A DNA stretch of 64,000 bases from Ignavibacteria bacterium (GTDB taxonomy: Bacteria > Bacteroidota > Ignavibacteria > Kapaibacteriales > UBA2268). Of the stretch, positions 59,956 to 64,000 are shown one piece after another. The stretch covers positions 2,816-66,815 of the forward strand of contig JBBIUA010000005.1 of the NCBI GenBank assembly GCA_037440445.1, in the 5' to 3' direction. The notes beneath the pieces were generated by a model. That model did not search any database, was not told the origin of the DNA, and worked only from the letters and a program-made list of their open reading frames with translations. Made by a program: the position numbers and the translations under genes. The first letter of the stretch is position 1, and every line of letters starts with the position of its first letter.

Positions 59956-60916
59956 TTTCGTTGAATTTTTTTTAGAGAGAAGGATTGCAATTGCATTAGT
60001 TGGTCCAACAGCAATTGGAAAAACAAGTTTTTCGCTCTCGCTTTCAGAAATTTTACCTTGTGAGATAATTTCTGCCGACTCAAGGCAAATATATAAATTC
60101 TTGGATATTGGAACCGCTAAACCCTCTTGTCAAGATCGTTCTAAAGTTCCTCACCATTTTATTGATATTTGTTATCCAGATGAATACTATAGTGCTGGTC
60201 AGTTTGGAAAAGATGCAAATGAAACAATTAATCTAATTTTTAAAAATGGAAGTGTTCCACTGATTGTTGGAGGTTCGGGATTGTATGTGAAAGCACTTTG
60301 CGAAGGGTTTTTCGAGGAAGGGTATACTAAAGAAGAAAAAATCAAAGCTTTGAAAATTCGAAATGAACTATCTTGTTGGAGTCGTGATGCCTTATACGCC
60401 CGCTTGCTCGAAGTCGATCCTGAAACTGCCAAACTATATCCTGATAAGAATTACGTTAGATTACTTCGTGCTCTTGAATTTTATGAAATCAAAGGACTTC
60501 CAATTTCTGTCTATAGAAGAACATTCCATCGCAAACCAGATTTTAAAACAATTTATATTGGATTAATTACTGTTAGAGATAGGCTATATTCTTTAATTGA
60601 AAAAAGAGTAGAAAAAATGTGGAGGAATGGGTTGGTAGAAGAAGTTAAAAATATTTTAAATATGGGATATTCGCCCGATTTGAATTCTTTGAACACTGTA
60701 GGTTACAAAGAAACAATAGATTTCATTCATAATAAAATTGATTCAAACACCGCAATTTCCTTAATCAAACAAAATACTCGTAGATATGCAAAGCGACAAA
60801 TTACCTGGTTTAAGAAAATTCCGCAGATTCAATGGTTTGATGCTCTTTCTAATAATTTACTCGATAACATTGTTAGTTATTTGTATCATAAAATTAATTC
60901 ATTTGAACAATGTTAA
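59924..60916 (+). CDS. miaA: tRNA dimethylallyltransferase
   Basis: P-loop GPTAIGKTS, with DSRQIYK and other MiaA motifs. Confidence 0.85.
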   Translation: MVSRVGRMVNDFVEFFLERRIAIALVGPTAIGKTSFSLSLSEILPCEIISADSRQIYKFLDIGTAKPSCQDRSKVPHHFIDICYPDEYYSAGQFGKDANETINLIFKNGSVPLIVGGSGLYVKALCEGFFEEGYTKEEKIKALKIRNELSCWSRDALYARLLEVDPETAKLYPDKNYVRLLRALEFYEIKGLPISVYRRTFHRKPDFKTIYIGLITVRDRLYSLIEKRVEKMWRNGLVEEVKNILNMGYSPDLNSLNTVGYKETIDFIHNKIDSNTAISLIKQNTRRYAKRQITWFKKIPQIQWFDALSNNLLDNIVSYLYHKINSFEQC

Positions 60917-62523
60917 AAGGGGGACTGCGAATGACACGGCTGCGGACAATTTTGCTTATGTTTTTTTGCTTGTTTGTTATCTGTTCTGTATCATCATTTA
61001 AAATTAATCAATCTTTTGCTCAAGGCGTTGTTTTTTCGAGCGATGATTCTATAAAGTCTATTAACTATTTACGTCGTCAAATATTCGATGTATTAAAAAA
61101 GTTGGAGGAAAATAAATCTCAGTATGGTATAGCAGTTTACTCTCTTGATCGTCGCGAATATTATTTTAAACATAACATTAATTCTTATTTTATTCCTGCT
61201 TCATTAACAAAATTGTTTACAACAATCGCGGCTCTAAGTAAGTTTGGAGTAGATTTTAAAGTTAAGACATATGTGTATTCATCTGGTGAAATTCAAGATG
61301 GAGTTTTAAATGGAAACATATATATTTACGGAACTGGGGATGCCTTATTATCATTAAGTGATATTGATTACCTTGCTGAGGAAATTAAGAGATATGGAAT
61401 TAAAGAAGTTAATGGTAATATTTACGCTGACCCTTCTTTTTTCGATTCACAAACCGATAGATTTGTTTATAGTGGGGATTTTGATGTAGTTCAAAAAACT
61501 CAACCTATCACTTCGCTTTCTATAGAAAAAAATATCGTTACAGTTGTTATAACCGCTGGTTCAATCTACGGAAAACCCGTTAATGTTCAAGTCATACCTG
61601 AATCGGATGCAATAAAAGTTTATAATAATGCAAAGGTTTCGAGAAGCATTGGGCAAAACATTATTAAGTCTACTTTACAAAATTATGGTGGTGGAAAATT
61701 CATTGCCCAACTTCGAAATGTTCGACCAAGGCAAATTAAACGTGAATCGAGAGAAATTAAAGTAGATTACAATGTTGATAAAGAAGGTTTTCATACAATT
61801 GTAGTAAGTGGAAATTTACCTGCTGGAACATCTAAGATATATTCTTATTTTATTGAAAATCCACCTTTAGTTGTTGCTGGAGTTTTGAAAAAAAGAATGG
61901 AATCAGCAGGAATTGCCGTAAAAGGTAATATTGGTATTGAAGAAGTTAAAAAAGAATTTTCTCATTTGGTTGCTGTAATAGGTCGTCCCTTGGTGGAAAT
62001 TCTTCGAGATATGAATAAAAACAGCGATAACTTTATTGCCGAAATTGTGTACAAAATGATAGGTGCTTATGATAGAAAAATGACTAGCAATAGTAAGGAG
62101 GCAACTCGTTATATTTTTTCTCTCTTGGATAGTTTAAAAATATCTTGTTTGGAATGCAAAATGTACGACGGTTCTGGATTATCGCGTAGAAATCGATTTA
62201 GCCCTGAATCGATAATTCAACTTCTTGAATATGCAAAGATTCGAAAACCAAGTTGGAATTTCGACTCATTACTTTCAGTCTCGGGTTACGATGGAACTTT
62301 GAAAACGAGGATGGTGGGAAGTTCCGCAGAAGGCAGAGTTTTTGCTAAAACTGGCACTCATTCCAATGCAAGTGGGTTGGCTGGATATGTTAAGACTTTG
62401 GATAATGAAAGATTGGCTTTCGTATTCATGTTTAATGGAGAAAGAGTAGGTCATTATAAAAAGATTGAAGATGAAATTTGCAAAGTTCTTTCTGGGTTTT
62501 TCTATTCACATATTACAGAATAA
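60910..62523 (+). CDS. dacB: D-alanyl-D-alanine carboxypeptidase/endopeptidase (PBP4, peptidase S13)
   Basis: Signal peptide, SxxK (SLTK), SxN (SDN) and a KTG motif near the C-terminal third (FAKTGT). Confidence 0.7.
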   Translation: MLKGGLRMTRLRTILLMFFCLFVICSVSSFKINQSFAQGVVFSSDDSIKSINYLRRQIFDVLKKLEENKSQYGIAVYSLDRREYYFKHNINSYFIPASLTKLFTTIAALSKFGVDFKVKTYVYSSGEIQDGVLNGNIYIYGTGDALLSLSDIDYLAEEIKRYGIKEVNGNIYADPSFFDSQTDRFVYSGDFDVVQKTQPITSLSIEKNIVTVVITAGSIYGKPVNVQVIPESDAIKVYNNAKVSRSIGQNIIKSTLQNYGGGKFIAQLRNVRPRQIKRESREIKVDYNVDKEGFHTIVVSGNLPAGTSKIYSYFIENPPLVVAGVLKKRMESAGIAVKGNIGIEEVKKEFSHLVAVIGRPLVEILRDMNKNSDNFIAEIVYKMIGAYDRKMTSNSKEATRYIFSLLDSLKISCLECKMYDGSGLSRRNRFSPESIIQLLEYAKIRKPSWNFDSLLSVSGYDGTLKTRMVGSSAEGRVFAKTGTHSNASGLAGYVKTLDNERLAFVFMFNGERVGHYKKIEDEICKVLSGFFYSHITE

Positions 62524-62526
62524 CCA

Positions 62527-63345
62527 ATGAGTAAAGTAAAAAGCATTTTATTATATCTAGTTCTTTCTTTAATTTCTTTAATAATGATTTTTCCTTTGTT
62601 CTGGATGCTTTTATTGTCTTTGAAAGATTTTCCTGAACAATACTCAGGAATTATTGAACTGCTATTTTCTTCGTTTACTTTTAAAAATTTTTCTGATACT
62701 TTAACTACTGATTCTTTCTTGGTTTACTTTTTAAATTCTTTAGTTGTTGCATTTTTTGTTACCTCTGGTAATGTTATCTTTTGCTTTATGACTGCTTATG
62801 CACTTGAAAGAAAAAATTTCAAAATCAATAGTTTTGTTTTTTTAACTATACTTGGTGTTCTTATTATTCCGCAACACATAGTGATGATTCCCCTTTATAG
62901 ATTGGTTGTTAATTTAGGATGGATTAACACATATTTTGCTTTAGTAGTTCCCTGGGTGGTTACCCCATTTGGTATTTTTATGATAAAGCAATTTCTTCAA
63001 CAGGTGCCTGTAGAGATTGAAGAAGCTGCGCGAGTTGACGGATGTTCCGATTGGAAAATAATTTTTAGGATCGTCATGCCACTATGTAAACCAATTTTAA
63101 TTGTTCTTGGAATTTATACTTTTTTAACAAATTGGAATTCTTTTCTTTTCCCCTTTATTTTGACAAATGAAGAAGAGATGAGGACTTTACCTGTTGGATT
63201 GGCATTTTATCTTGGGAAACAATCAATCGATTGGGGTCACTTAATGGCTGGAGCAAGTTTTTCTGCACTTCCAGTGATTCTATTATTTTTGTTTTTCCAA
63301 AAATATGTTATTAAAGGGTTAATTCAAGGAGCGTTGAAAGAATAA
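62527..63345 (+). CDS. ABC transporter permease (carbohydrate-type, MalG/binding-protein-dependent family), orphan
   Basis: Six TM helices and the EAA loop EAARVDGCSDWKIIFRIVMP. No ATPase or substrate-binding protein gene is adjacent. Confidence 0.7.
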   Translation: MSKVKSILLYLVLSLISLIMIFPLFWMLLLSLKDFPEQYSGIIELLFSSFTFKNFSDTLTTDSFLVYFLNSLVVAFFVTSGNVIFCFMTAYALERKNFKINSFVFLTILGVLIIPQHIVMIPLYRLVVNLGWINTYFALVVPWVVTPFGIFMIKQFLQQVPVEIEEAARVDGCSDWKIIFRIVMPLCKPILIVLGIYTFLTNWNSFLFPFILTNEEEMRTLPVGLAFYLGKQSIDWGHLMAGASFSALPVILLFLFFQKYVIKGLIQGALKE

Positions 63346-63407
63346 GGAAACTAAAATTGTTTTCGATAGATTCCGTCTTGTAGTTTTTTTAACATTAAGG
63401 AGAGGAT

Positions 63408-64000
63408 ATGGAACAACATAATGCTGATATTGTAGTAATTGGCTCTGGTCCAGGTGGGTATGTTGCTGCAGTACGTGCCTCTCAATTAGGTTTTAAAACA
63501 ATTTGCATTGAGAAAAGTGAACTTGGTGGAATTTGTTTAAACTGGGGATGTATTCCAACTAAAGCACTTTTAAAAAATGCTGAATATATGAATTTTTTGC
63601 GTGAAGCAAAAAATTTTGGTTTTGAAATTAAGGAGTATAAAGTAGATTTCAATTCTGTAATTGAACGAAGTAGAAACGTAGCAAATAGAATGTCAAATGG
63701 AGTATCTTTTCTTTTCAAAAAGTATAAAGTTGGTTTAATTAAAGGATGGGGTAGGTTTAAAAATCCAAAACAAATTGAAGTTATTGATGAAAGTGGTTCT
63801 GTTACAGACATAATAAATACAAAGTTTACAATCATTGCAACAGGTGCTCGACCAAGAATGTTTCAAGGTATAGATGTCGATAAAGAAAGAATTTTGACTA
63901 GCCGTGAAGCTATGATTTTAAAAGAAGTTCCTCAAGAAATAATAATTATGGGTGCTGGTGCTATAGGGGTAGAATTTGCTTACTTTTTCAATTCTTTTGG
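63408..64000 (+). CDS. lpdA: Dihydrolipoyl dehydrogenase (E3), 3'-truncated by the window end
   Basis: MEQHNADIVVIGSGPGGYVAAVRA FAD-binding GxGxxG and the redox-active disulfide GGICLNWGCIPTK. Shine-Dalgarno site AAGGAGAGG upstream. The track lists no complete ORF because no stop falls in the window. Confidence 0.8.
   Translation, partial: MEQHNADIVVIGSGPGGYVAAVRASQLGFKTICIEKSELGGICLNWGCIPTKALLKNAEYMNFLREAKNFGFEIKEYKVDFNSVIERSRNVANRMSNGVSFLFKKYKVGLIKGWGRFKNPKQIEVIDESGSVTDIINTKFTIIATGARPRMFQGIDVDKERILTSREAMILKEVPQEIIIMGAGAIGVEFAYFFNSF

Noticed and set aside
63482-63835. 117-aa minus-strand ORF at the right end
   Set aside because: It overlaps the plus-strand reading frame that encodes an unmistakable dihydrolipoyl dehydrogenase N-terminus (GxGxxG and the CLNWGCIPTK disulfide). 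The plus-strand gene is missing from the track only because it has no stop within the window.
1-64000. CRISPR arrays, IS elements, integrases, prophage genes, toxin-antitoxin pairs, reverse transcriptases
   Set aside because: The window was scanned for regularly spaced direct repeats and hallmark protein motifs (DDE transposase, tyrosine recombinase R..HxxR..Y, Cas, RT YxDD). None were found. The window looks like core chromosome.

Overview
Low-GC (~33%) genome, and every part of this window looks like core chromosome rather than an accessory island. Reading is from sequence and the six-frame ORF track only. The T9SS C-terminal sorting domains, PpiD and PorV/PorQ-like barrel, together with Shine-Dalgarno-like sites in front of several genes, suggest an FCB-group organism (Ignavibacteriota/Bacteroidota-like). 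Genes are tightly packed, with many 1-4 nt overlaps (ATGA/TGATG junctions) and few intergenic regions. Recognisable content includes a DnaQ-exonuclease/Cho-like GIY-YIG fusion (5'-partial), a large AddA/RecB-like helicase-nuclease with an M15 peptidase, gmd-fcl, sppA, a hemerythrin, an M28 peptidase, a methyltransferase with a YfhO-like membrane protein, an MFS transporter, an M29 aminopeptidase, an L,D-transpeptidase-like protein, a CDF transporter and rny. It also includes zapA followed by a structured GC-rich RNA (6S candidate), tRNA-Arg(TCG), rpsT, tRNA-Leu(TAA), a fused-E1 2-oxoacid dehydrogenase, holB, dnaB, ruvA, ftsQ-ftsA-ftsZ, yjbQ with a Cys-rich mini-protein, an acyl-CoA dehydrogenase, a FabI-like reductase, ppiD, an orphan multi-PAS histidine kinase, T9SS-related genes, a DUF62 SAM hydroxide adenosyltransferase, and a giant FG-GAP/ASPIC-UnbV adhesin with a T9SS CTD. 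The right end carries phoH-cdaA-pcm-miaA-dacB, an orphan ABC permease and the start of lpdA. No CRISPR array, IS element, integrase or rRNA was seen. The strongest leads are (i) a ~217-nt structured RNA 3' of zapA (6S/SsrS-like synteny), (ii) the peptidase plus AddA-like helicase-nuclease unit convergent with the exonuclease-Cho fusion, and (iii) the yjbQ/Cys-rich mini-protein overlap at the end of a fatty-acid-type operon. Others are (iv) a three-gene T9SS cargo/barrel cluster and (v) a SAM hydroxide adenosyltransferase overlapping a T9SS giant adhesin. None amounts to a demonstrable new system from sequence alone.
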